Shown here: in pieces, positions 1-11,200 of the stretch | How positions within the stretch are numbered: position 1 is the first letter of the stretch | Layout of the letters: each line of letters opens with the position of its first letter | Assembly: GCA_032718475.1 (NCBI GenBank) | Contig: JAUCBJ010002220.1 | Location: 1-64,000, forward strand | DNA length: 64,000 bases | Direction of reading: 5' to 3' | From: Nemertoderma westbladi | Taxonomy: Eukaryota > Animalia > Xenacoelomorpha | The notes under the pieces: generated by a model | What the model saw: only the letters and a program-made list of their open reading frames with translations | Databases searched by the model: none | What the model was told of the DNA's origin: nothing | Made by a program: the position numbers and the translations under genes

Positions 1-1663
1 TAATACCAACTGGCGTGCGATATGTAGAGAACGGTTTAGCGATCCGTGTACTCGTAATAGCTGGACCGGGTATAGGAATTCTGGTCGTCGTCGACTCGCG
101 TATAGTCGGAGTTCTCGCTTCCTGTTCGGCCTTCTGCAGTGCGAACAGTTCTCGTAACTCTGTCCCTACACTCGCCCCACATTCTTCGATCATTCGCATC
201 CCCTTCTCGGCGATTTCGTTCGCCTTCCTAGTCCGTTCTTCGCTCTCTAAACTTAATCTCGCACTTTCCAACTGCGCCAGTTTACGTTCTTCTTCCTCCC
301 TTGCTCGTCTCGCTGCGCCCTCTTCTTCCACACGCGCCTTCTCTTCATACAACGCCCGTCGCTCCTTCTCGATCTCGAGTTCGCGTTCTTTGCGCTCGTG
401 TTCGAGTTGAAGTTCGTATTCCTTTTGTTCGCGTTCGAGCTGGAGTTCGCGTTCCTTGCGTTCGCGTTCGAGCTTGAGTTCGCGTTCCTTGCGTTCGCGT
501 TCCGCTTGCTCGCGCTTACCTTTCTCTTCCAACTCTCGCAACTTTGCGTCTAACTTACGTGTTCGCTCCCGTTCCCGCTCGGCTTCCTTCCGTGCTTCCG
601 ATGCACGCAAAACTTCCGCCTGTTGTTCGTCCAGTTGGCGTCTTCTCTCCTCCGCCGAGTTGTGAGAAACAAGGGATCTAGCACATATTACCTTACCTCG
701 CGCGTGACTAACCTGGGAATCGCCGCTGTCTCTAGATGCATCATCGGGTGGAGTCAACGTCCTCTGTTGGATGTTCTCCGTCGTCGGTAGCACCTGACCT
801 GGTACCACCACTCCATTCTGCATCAGCCAGCTAGTAACTTCCCTTTGATACCTGCGCTCCTCCTTGTCTTGGATCTCTTCTCGCTCCACTAACTCTCTCA
901 GCTCTGCGTCACTCACTTGAGTCGCCTGCGCTTGTGATGTCCATAGCAGCCAGTTCTCCGTCCTAACTCGTCGGAATCGCTCCGATAACTCGCGGTGCTC
1001 TAACAAGGCTGCTAAAACCCTGTCGTAAATCCTCGTTGCTACGTCGCTCGACTGAGACTCTACTGCCTTCTTCGCTAGGACTGCAAGCTCCTCCGTCTGC
1101 TTGAATAACGCTGAGTTATATCCTCTTCTAACCTCTACTAACTCTACCCTCCCGATGTTGGCTGAGTCAGCTAACATCTTCCTTACCTTGTCCGCCGTCC
1201 GAGTTATATGTCCGGCATGCGCGCGAAGTTTCTTCTTTATCGCAATGTCAAGTTCTCTATCACTTACCTGACTTACACTCGGTGGACTTGAAGGATTATT
1301 TCGGGAACTACGGGTACTCCTTACAGCCGTCGGGACCACGGCACTTACCATACCCACAGGTCTGGAAACCGGGCTCCGGGCTCTCGCTTCTGCTACACTA
1401 CCCTCCTTATCACTCACCTCTGGTCGGGTTGCTGTACAATCCTTCCTTACAGTAGCGGTAGGGGATCCTAATACTATTACCTGAGGTTGTTGTTCTTCCT
1501 CACTAGTCACTGTCTCGTCCTCCTGTTCACTTACGTCAGCGTCGCTCGCTGCGTCGTCATAGTCGGCATTGTCGTCAACAGTAATATTTACGCTATCGTC
1601 AGTCGGCGGTCCAGCCGCCGTCTCGTAGCTGTCCTCTAGTGCCTCTTTGTCTGAGACACTCAT
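1..1663 (-). CDS. gag: Gag(-pol) N-terminal region, at least 554 aa, open at the window edge (absent from the ORF track, presumably because no stop falls in the window)
   Basis: Hand translation from ATG at 1663 gives MSVSDKEALEDSYETAAGPP...KKKLRAHAGHITRTADKV..., followed by an ERERKERELEL coiled-coil. The HITR motif and coiled-coil parallel the element B gag (GGYMAHITR plus coiled-coil). Confidence 0.75.
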   Translation of the reverse strand, partial: MSVSDKEALEDSYETAAGPPTDDSVNITVDDNADYDDAASDADVSEQEDETVTSEEEQQPQVIVLGSPTATVRKDCTATRPEVSDKEGSVAEARARSPVSRPVGMVSAVVPTAVRSTRSSRNNPSSPPSVSQVSDRELDIAIKKKLRAHAGHITRTADKVRKMLADSANIGRVELVEVRRGYNSALFKQTEELAVLAKKAVESQSSDVATRIYDRVLAALLEHRELSERFRRVRTENWLLWTSQAQATQVSDAELRELVEREEIQDKEERRYQREVTSWLMQNGVVVPGQVLPTTENIQQRTLTPPDDASRDSGDSQVSHARGKVICARSLVSHNSAEERRRQLDEQQAEVLRASEARKEAERERERTRKLDAKLRELEEKGKREQAERERKERELKLERERKERELQLEREQKEYELQLEHERKERELEIEKERRALYEEKARVEEEGAARRAREEEERKLAQLESARLSLESEERTRKANEIAEKGMRMIEECGASVGTELRELFALQKAEQEARTPTIRESTTTRIPIPGPAITSTRIAKPFSTYRTPVGI

Positions 1664-2479
1664 AGTCTAATAATGTTTTGCCTTCCGGCAAAAATATCTC
1701 GCAAAAGTTCGAGATATAATTATAATTTAACCGAAATACGGTCAAATTATTTGTCAAATAATCAGTTGGTCCAAATGTCAAAATAAATTCGCAATGCAAT
1801 ATTGTGAATTTAATGGGGTATATAGTTATAGCAAATACTAGCACAATATTTAAACAAAAATATTATTATATAGCTACTATATAATATTAAATACCGGTAT
1901 AGCACAAAATAACTTTGAATCTAATACAAAATATTCAAAATATACTTGCCGCCCGAATATTTCTAATTTTATATATATATAGCTCTAATCAACGTAATTT
2001 TAATTTCAAATATTATTATGTATCCACTAGCGCGTGGCTACATCTTCGGGTTGCGACTCTCTCTAACTCTCTCTCTAACTTGAGCGATTCAAAACCATGG
2101 CCGGCTAAACCTAAATATCCTAACTAATAAATTGAGTTCAGCTTCGCAGTTAAACAACCGATAATTTTTTACTGCTTCCACAAACACACTGGTGCCAACA
2201 GAACAACTAACCTTGTTTGCTGTGAGATTCCACGTCCGCGTCCAAAGATTCAGGCCCTTCGCTGATTGCAAACCGAACCCGCAGACCCACACGAACCCCA
2301 AACTCAGAAGTTCCGTCTTGCCATGTATCTCCAGATGGTATAAAATAACTAAGCGGTTACCTAACATACCGGTACAAAACTCTAGAATTTTACGAAATAA
2401 TTTTGACCGAAAACTGAATTCTCGCAAACCTAGCTAAAAATTTCAAAAAACTTACTAATTACAATTTGCCCTAAGGCCT

Positions 2480-3060
2480 AAGGAACTGCTGTATTCGCAA
2501 TTAGCAAAAACGCACTACCGTACATCCACTGTATGCAGTACAGTAAGTAAAACAGTACACCAACCTAACAGCCTAATGATACTGTGTATGGTACGGCAAA
2601 ACAAATGTCCCTTCTACCGTACGCAGTAACAGCAATCAGCCTAATGTACTACTGTACTATCGTACGCAACTAGTGAATACAGTAATCTAAACTAACAACC
2701 TAATAGAATAAACTCAATGTCTTACTGTACGCTAGCCTATAGCCTACAGCAGACGATCACGTGCTCCAACTTATTACTTAATACTGTGATACTACTATCA
2801 GCCTAAGAATACACTATTGACTGCCGCAAGCAACAGCCAATAACTCGCGTATTACTGATACGAAGTATCAGTAATCTGAAGTAACGATAATCTAAGCTAA
2901 CAGCCTAAGAATACTCTATTTACTGTACGCTACAGCCTACAGCAAACAGATGCGCGTATTACTGATACGAAGTATCAGTAATCTAAACTAACAGCCTAAG
3001 AATACTCTATTTACTGTACGCTACAGCCTACAGCAAACAAGTGCGCGTATTACTGATAAA
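2480..3060. repeat. Degenerate ~85-105-bp tandem repeats in the element A leader, with perfect hairpins
   Basis: The blocks aacagcctaagaatactctatttactgtacgctacagcctacagc recur. ATTACTGATAC-GAA-GTATCAGTAAT occurs at 2851-2875 and 2958-2982. Confidence 0.8.
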
Positions 3061-4202
3061 CAACCGCGACCTCTATACTAACAGCAGAACTGTTGAACAG
3101 ACAAATACTGGTATACTTCTCTGCCAACCTAATAAGTTCCCGCCTAACCAATAAGACACGAAGACTGCTCTACTGTTAAGTAAAGGGGATCAGGAGCGTG
3201 CTATTACTAAATTGTAAGGGTTGCTAAATACAAAACCGCTACTTACCGTTAGATGGCGCTAATCTGCCGTCCACTAATATATTTTACTAATTTTACACAA
3301 CTCCTGCAAAATCGCTTGTTCCTTTCTCTACCGATCGCTCGATAGAGAGCTAACTGTTCGAATCTATGAGCCACGCGGGAATAACCAAAACAATAAACCC
3401 GAGTCGGCTCCCTAAGCTTACTTAAGACGAGTGCGAGAGGCCTTGCACTCAGAGTATTCTTACGCCTAATTCTATCACTTATTAAAGCACGCTATTACCT
3501 ACGTCTTTCTAATCGCGAATACTGGAGGTTCCCTAACGTAATGTGTGAATGCGAGAATATTTAAAATATCAAAACGGTACAGTATCTGTTTCTACGTGGA
3601 TAATACCACCCCGGGTCTAAAACTGCCCGCGACTGGCTTTAGGCCAGCAAAATTACTAGCGTATCGTGCGTACCGAATAGTGCGTTCTAGCTGATTGCCC
3701 GCTAATGCAAATAACCGCTCAGCGTGAATAGTTTACAGTATACTAATTATTACCTTAGCTACTCTCCGCTATGCTGCGTACTAATTCTTAATTTTTTACT
3801 AATTAATTACAGTCACGAATATTTAACAGCGTACTAATTACTAAGAGTTCCAGAATACGTAATTCTAATTTATCACGCAACAGGTTTCGATAGTAATAGC
3901 CTAATTTGCCGTATTACTTTGACCTAATCAATAACTAATTATTGTAACTAAGAAATAGAAATCAATCAAAGGAAAAGAGCGCCTATCTAAGCATTCGTAA
4001 TCTTAGGCACACTTCAATAACACACCAATCAGCGTTAGAAATCACAGTTTACAATTGTGCAATTCACTACTCGTACTCCACACTCAACGTTGTAATACGC
4101 GCAGGCCTCTCCCAGGTACATCTAGGACTCCTAACTAACCCAATTCCTGCCCCCCTAATACTAAATAGAGACAAAATCTGGATCATCAGCCCCCTAATTT
4201 GC

Positions 4203-5207
4203 TGTACCGGCGATCGGTCTGCGTGTCGCAGTGCAAGTTACCCGCCCGCAACGGTGACCCTGGCCAGCGTTGCTCGCTTTGAATCCTCCGCTCTCTCCTA
4301 GTCGCTCAACCCCCCGATGCGCCCACCGCCCACTGGCACCTTAGCTCTCCATGATGCTAATAGCTACCGTAGCGGCGCATGCAAATCACAAAGTCTGACA
4401 GTCTCAGAATCCCTTAGGATTATTGCGCAGAAAGAATCACATAGAACCATTAATCAAAGGTAGAAATCATAGTTCAATTGTAATTAGCAGCAATCAAAGG
4501 AATTATTGAGAAACACAAGCAAGTAATCGCACTAGCAAATCATTTCACGAAAATTAATCAAATTAGCAAATTGCAGAAAATATCAAGAAAAAACAGCAAG
4601 ACAGGTGCTAGGGCTAGGTGTCATGTGATGAGTAGAATTGTTGTTGCTCTACCGGCACACCGCCAATTTATAGGTGATCCGGATGGGGTGATGCAATAGG
4701 GTGACTCAATCGCTTTCCTATTGGCTCTCCAGTCCGTGCTAGCACTAGACCAACCTGGAAGCAGCTAGTCCAATAAGGAGGCCGGATTGTAGCCCTATTT
4801 GCTTCCCTTCCTCGAATTATTACCATATATGGTAATGGTTCACGTCTCTGGCTGCTGAATGGCCAGGACAGCGTCCCTATATGCTAGCCCTACTAAAGCT
4901 AATATCAGCAAGCACTGAATCCAGGGTCCGAATAAACTTACCCTGGAACTATCTACATATAACCTAATACAAAATTACGTAGGTAGGGCTACATACTATA
5001 CAAAATGGATGGTTTCAAATATATGGGCGTTTTGATTTCCCTACCTAAATACCACTGCGTTATTATGCCTTATCTAAAATATCATGCTGCACAACGGACT
5101 AATATTACGTACAGTATAACGAACTAATATTGCATACTGCATAACGGACTAATATTGCATACTGCATGATGACTAATATTATGGATACAGCGCCATATAC
5201 CGTAACA
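4203..5207 (-). repeat. Putative 5' LTR of element A (~1.0 kb; inner end uncertain, 4203 or 4195)
   Basis: Imperfect terminal inverted repeat TGTTACGG...CCGGTACA; TATA and CCAAT motifs; short ggactaatatt repeats at 5085-5180. The partner LTR is outside the window. Confidence 0.6.
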
Positions 5208-8200
5208 AAATAGCTGAGATACTTGAGGTGAATTGTTGCATTATATATTAACTTCAGCTCCAGTCTCTTTGGCAATACGATGAAACTATAATAAATATTC
5301 TAGAACACAACAATATTAACAGGGAGATAGGCTACTCATCTCTTCACTCTGACAGCCTCAAAAAGGGGGTGTTCCGACGCAATCAAAATTAATCCATCTC
5401 CAGGGGAAAGACGAAGCAAAGAACAGCTGATTACTTCTATAAATGTAAGTGTTACCTGTTCTTTTGACTTTCATTTAAGATTCGCTATCTCATTGAGTGG
5501 GTTAGAAGTTATAAATATAAAAATCGATGTGGTTTTTGAAAAAAATCGAAGGATATTTTGATTAATTATTGCTGAAAAACACCAAGGATTTTAACATGGC
5601 TTTAATACTTCATTATGTTCATGAAAAAACTGAGATATTTGAGGTGAATTATTGCATTACATAATAACTTTAACTGCAGCCACATTAGCAATACGATGAA
5701 ACTATAATAAATATTCTAGAACACAACAATATTAACAGGGTGATAGGCTACTTATCTCTCCACTCTGAGAGCCTCAAAAAGGGCGTGTTCCGACGCTATC
5801 AAAATTCATCCATCTCCTGGGGAAAGACGAAGCAAAGAACAGCTGATTACTTCTATAAATGAAAGTGTTACCTGCTCCTTTGACTTTCATTTAAGATTCT
5901 TTATCTTTTGGAGTGGGTTAGAAGTCATGAATATGAAAAACGATGTCGTTTTTTGTAAAAAATCTGAGGATATTTTGATAAATTATTGCTGAAAAAACCC
6001 AAGGATTTTGACATGGCTTTAATACTTCATTATGTTCATGAAAAAACTGAGATATTTGAGGTAAATTATTGCATTACATAATAACTTTAACTCCAGCCAC
6101 TTTAGCAATACGATGAAACTATACTAAATATTCTAGAACACAACAATATTAACAGGGTGATAGGCTACTTATCTCTCCACTCTGAGAGCCTCAAAAAGGG
6201 CGTGTTCCGACGCTATCAAAATTCATCCATCTCCTGGGGAAAGACGAAGCAAAGAACAGCTGATTACTTCTATAAATGAAAGTGTTACCTGTTCTTATGA
6301 CTTTCGTTTAAGATTCTCTATCTTGTGGAGTGGATTAGAAGTTATAAATATGAAAATCGATGTGGTTTTTGAAAAAAATCAGAGGATATTTTGATAAATT
6401 ATTGCTGAAAAACCCCAAGTATTTTGACATGGCTTTAATACTCATTATATTCATGAAATAGCTGAGATATTTGAGGTTAATTATTGCGTTACATATTAAC
6501 TTTGGCTCCAGCCGCTTTGGCAATACGATGAAACTATAATAAAAATTCTAGACCACAACAATATTAACAGGGAGATAGGCTACTTATCTCTTCATTCTGA
6601 AAGCCTCAAAAAGGGGGTGTTCCGACGCAATCAAAATTCATCCATCTCCTGGGGAAAGACGAAGCAAATAACAGCTGATTACTTCTATAAAGGAAAGTGT
6701 TACCTGTTCTTATGACTTTCGTTTAAGATTCTCTATCTCGTGGAGTGGATTATAAGTTATAAATATGAAAATCGATGAGGTTTTTGAAAAAAATCAGAGG
6801 ATATTTTGATAAATTATTGCTGAAAAACCCCAAGGATTTTGACATGGCTTTAATACTCATTATATTCATGAAAAAACTGAGATATTTGAAGTGAATTATT
6901 GCATTACATAATAACTTTAACTCTAGCCACATTAGCAATACGATGAAACTATAATAAAAATTCTAGTCCACAACAATATTAACATGGAGATAGGCTACTT
7001 ATCTCTTCATTCTGAGAACCCCAAGGAATTTGACATGGCTTTAATACTTCATTATGTTCATGAAAAAACTGAGATATTTGAGGTGAATTATTGCGTTACA
7101 TATTAACTTTGGCTCCAGCCGCTTTGGCAATACGATGAAACTATAATAAATATTCTAGAACACAACAATATTAACAGGGAGATAGGCTACTTATCTCTCC
7201 ACTCTGATGCTTCAAAAAGGGGGTGTTCCGACGCAATCAAAATTCATCCATCTCCAGGGGAAAGACGAAGCAAAGAATAGCTGATTACTTCTATAAATGT
7301 AAGTGTTACCTGTTCTTTTGACTTTCATTTAAGATTGTTTATCTTGTGGAGTGGGTTAGAAATCATGAATATGAAAATCGATGTCGTTTTTTGTAAAAAA
7401 TCTGAGGATATTTTGATAAATTATTGCTGAAAAACCCCAAGGATTTTGACATGGCTTTAATACTTCATTATGTTCATGAAATAGCTGAGATACTTGAGGT
7501 GAATTGTTGCATTATATATTAACTTCAGCTCCAGTCTCTTTGGCAATACGATGAAACTATAATAAATATTCTAGAACACAACAATATTAACAGGGAGATA
7601 GGCTACTCATCTCTTCACTCTGACAGCCTCAAAAAGGGGGTGTTCCGACGCAATCAAAATTAATCCATCTCCAGGGGAAAGACGAAGCAAAGAACAGCTG
7701 ATTACTTCTATAAATGTAAGTGTTACCTGTTCTTTTGACTTTCATTTAAGATTCGCTATCTCATTGAGTGGGTTAGAAGTTATAAATATAAAAATCGATG
7801 TGGTTTTTGAAAAAAATCGAAGGATATTTTGATTAATTATTGCTGAAAAACACCAAGGATTTTAACATGGCTTTAATACTTCATTATGTTCATGAAAAAA
7901 CTGAGATATTTGAGGTGAATTATTGCATTACATAATAACTTTAACTGCAGCCACATTAGCAATACGATGAAACTATAATAAATATTCTAGAACACAACAA
8001 TATTAACAGGGTGATAGGCTACTTATCTCTCCACTCTGAGAGCCTCAAAAAGGGCGTGTTCCGACGCTATCAAAATTCATCCATCTCCTGGGGAAAGACG
8101 AAGCAAAGAACAGCTGATTACTTCTATAAATGAAAGTGTTACCTGCTCCTTTGACTTTCATTTAAGATTCTTTATCTTTTGGAGTGGGTTAGAAGTCATG

Positions 8201-11200
8201 AATATGAAAAACGATGTCGTTTTTTGTAAAAAATCTGAGGATATTTTGATAAATTATTGCTGAAAAAACCCAAGGATTTTGACATGGCTTTAATACTTCA
8301 TTATGTTCATGAAAAAACTGAGATATTTGAGGTAAATTATTGCATTACATAATAACTTTAACTCCAGCCACTTTAGCAATACGATGAAACTATACTAAAT
8401 ATTCTAGAACACAACAATATTAACATGGAGATAGGCTATTTATCTCTCCACTCAGACAGCCACAGATAGGGAGGGGTGTTTTGACACAATCAAAATTCAA
8501 CCATCTCCAGGGGAAAGACGAAGCAAATAACAGCTGATTACTTCTATAAATGTAAGTGTTACCTGTTCTTTTGACTTTCATTTAAGATTCGCTATCTCAT
8601 AGAGTGGGTTAGAAGTTATAAATATGAAAATCGTTGTGGTTTTTGAAAAAAATCAAAGGATATTTTGATTAATTATTGCTGAAAAACACCAAGGATTTTA
8701 ACATGGCTTTAATACTTCATTATGTTCATGAAATAGCTGAGATATTGGAGGTGAATTATTGCATTACATAATAACTTTAACTGCAGCCACATTAGCAATA
8801 CGATGAAACTATAATAAATATTCTAGAACACAACAATATTAACAGGGAGATAGGCTACTTATCTCTCCACTCTGAGAGCCTCAAAAAGGGCGTGTTCCGA
8901 CGCTATCAAAATTCATCCATCTCCTGGGGAAAGACGAAGCAAAGAACAGCTGATTACTTCTATAAATGAAAGTGTTACCTGTTCTTATGACTTTCGTTTA
9001 AGATTCTCTATCTTGTGGAGTGGATTAGAAGTTATAAATATGAAAATCGATGTGGTTTTTGAAAAAAATCAGAGGATATTTTGATAAATTATTGCTGAAA
9101 AACCCCAAGTATTTTGACATGGCTTTAATACTCATTATATTCATGAAATAGCTGAAATATTTGAGGTTAATTATTGCGTTACATATTAACTTTGGCTCCA
9201 GCCGCTTTGGCAATACGATGAAACTATAATAAAAATTCTAGACCACAACAATATTAACAGGGAGATAGGCTACTTATCTCTTCATTCTGAGAGCCTCAAA
9301 AAGGGGGTGTTCCGACGCAATCAAAATTCATCCATCTCCAGCGGGAAAGACGAAGCAAATAACAGCTGATTACTTCTATAAAGGAAAGTGTTACCTGTTC
9401 TTATGACTTTCGTTTAAGATTCTCTATCTCGTGGAGTGGATTATAAGTTATAAATATGAAAATCGATGAGGTTTTTGAAAAAAATCAGAGGATATTTTGA
9501 TAAATTATTGCTGAAAAACCCCAAGGATTTTGACATGGCTTTAATACTCATTATATTCATGAAAAAACTGAGATATTTGAAGTGAATTATTGCATTACAT
9601 AATAACTTTAACTCTAGCCACATTAGCAATACGATGAAACTATAATAAAAATTCTAGTCCACAACAATATTAACATGGAGATAGGCTACTTATCTCTTCA
9701 TTCTGAGAACCCCAAGGAATTTGACATGGCTTTAATACTTCATTATGTTCATGAAAAAACTGAGATATTTGAGGTGAATTATTGCATTACATAATAACTT
9801 TAACTCCAGCCACTTTAGCAATACGATGAAACTATAATAAATATTCTAGAACACAACAATATTAACAGGGAGATAGGCTACTTATCTCTTCACTCTGAGA
9901 GCCTCAAAAACGGGGTGTTCCTACGCAATCAAATTTCATCCATCTCCAGGGGAAAGACGAAGCAAAGAACAGCTGATTACTTCTATAAATGTAAGTGTTA
10001 CCTGTTCTTTTGACTTTCATTTAAGATTCGCTATCTCATGGAGTGGGTTAGAAGTTATAAATATGAAAATCGACGTGGTTTTTGAAAAAAATCAAAGGAT
10101 ATTTTGATTAATTATTGCTGAAAAACACCAAGGATTTTGACATGGCTTTAATACTTCATTATGTTCATGAAATAGCTGAGATACTTGAGGTGAATTGTTG
10201 CATTATATATTAACTTCAGCTCCAGTCTCTTTGGCAATACGATGAAACTATAATAAATATTCTAGAACACAACAATATTAACAGGGAGATAGGCTACTCA
10301 TCTCTTCACTCTGACAGCCTCAAAAAGGGGGTGTTCCGACGCAATCAAAATTAATCCATCTCCAGGGGAAAGACGAAGCAAAGAACAGCTGATTACTTCT
10401 ATAAATGTAAGTGTTACCTGTTCTTTTGACTTTCATTTAAGATTCGCTATCTCATTGAGTGGGTTAGAAGTTATAAATATAAAAATCGATGTGGTTTTTG
10501 AAAAAAATCGAAGGATATTTTGATTAATTATTGCTGAAAAACACCAAGGATTTTAACATGGCTTTAATACTTCATTATGTTCATGAAAAAACTGAGATAT
10601 TTGAGGTGAATTATTGCATTACATAATAACTTTAACTGCAGCCACATTAGCAATACGATGAAACTATAATAAATATTCTAGAACACAACAATATTAACAG
10701 GGTGATAGGCTACTTATCTCTCCACTCTGAGAGCCTCAAAAAGGGCGTGTTCCGACGCTATCAAAATTCATCCATCTCCTGGGGAAAGACGAAGCAAAGA
10801 ACAGCTGATTACTTCTATAAATGAAAGTGTTACCTGCTCCTTTGACTTTCATTTAAGATTCTTTATCTTTTGGAGTGGGTTAGAAGTCATGAATATGAAA
10901 AACGATGTCGTTTTTTGTAAAAAATCTGAGGATATTTTGATAAATTATTGCTGAAAAAACCCAAGGATTTTGACATGGCTTTAATACTTCATTATGTTCA
11001 TGAAAAAACTGAGATATTTGAGGTAAATTATTGCATTACATAATAACTTTAACTCCAGCCACTTTAGCAATACGATGAAACTATACTAAATATTCTAGAA
11101 CACAACAATATTAACATGGAGATAGGCTATTTATCTCTCCACTCAGACAGCCACAGATAGGGAGGGGTGTTTTGACACAATCAAAATTCAACCACCTCCA

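Larger units (their letters stand above)
1..5207 (-). mobile_element. Element A: 5' portion of an LTR retrotransposon (probably BEL/Pao) comprising LTR, ~2.5-kb leader and gag, running off the window
   Basis: The minus strand starts TGTTACGG exactly at the satellite junction (5207/5208). TATA-like TATAAA lies on the minus strand at ~4667-4672. A long gag-like ORF lies downstream. Confidence 0.8.

Noticed and set aside
15-665. Plus-strand Ser/Arg-rich ORFs, and other antisense ORFs over pol and the transposase
   Set aside because: Shadows of real ORFs on the opposite strand.
4140-4192. CTGATGA on the minus strand next to LTR A as a hammerhead core
   Set aside because: No stem II followed by GAAA.
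5435-5560. Satellite as a spliced-leader RNA gene array (GTAAGT donor, ATTTTGA Sm-like sites, CRE insertion)
   Set aside because: The donor is mutated in many monomers (GAAAGT), no recognisable SL sequence is present, and the CRE site is not in the putative leader. Not fully excluded without trans-splicing data.
5940-6130. Possible hammerhead ribozyme in the satellite (CTGAGGA, GAAA, GAAACTA...TAGTC in some variants)
   Set aside because: The core motifs occur in different variants and stems I and II cannot be built.
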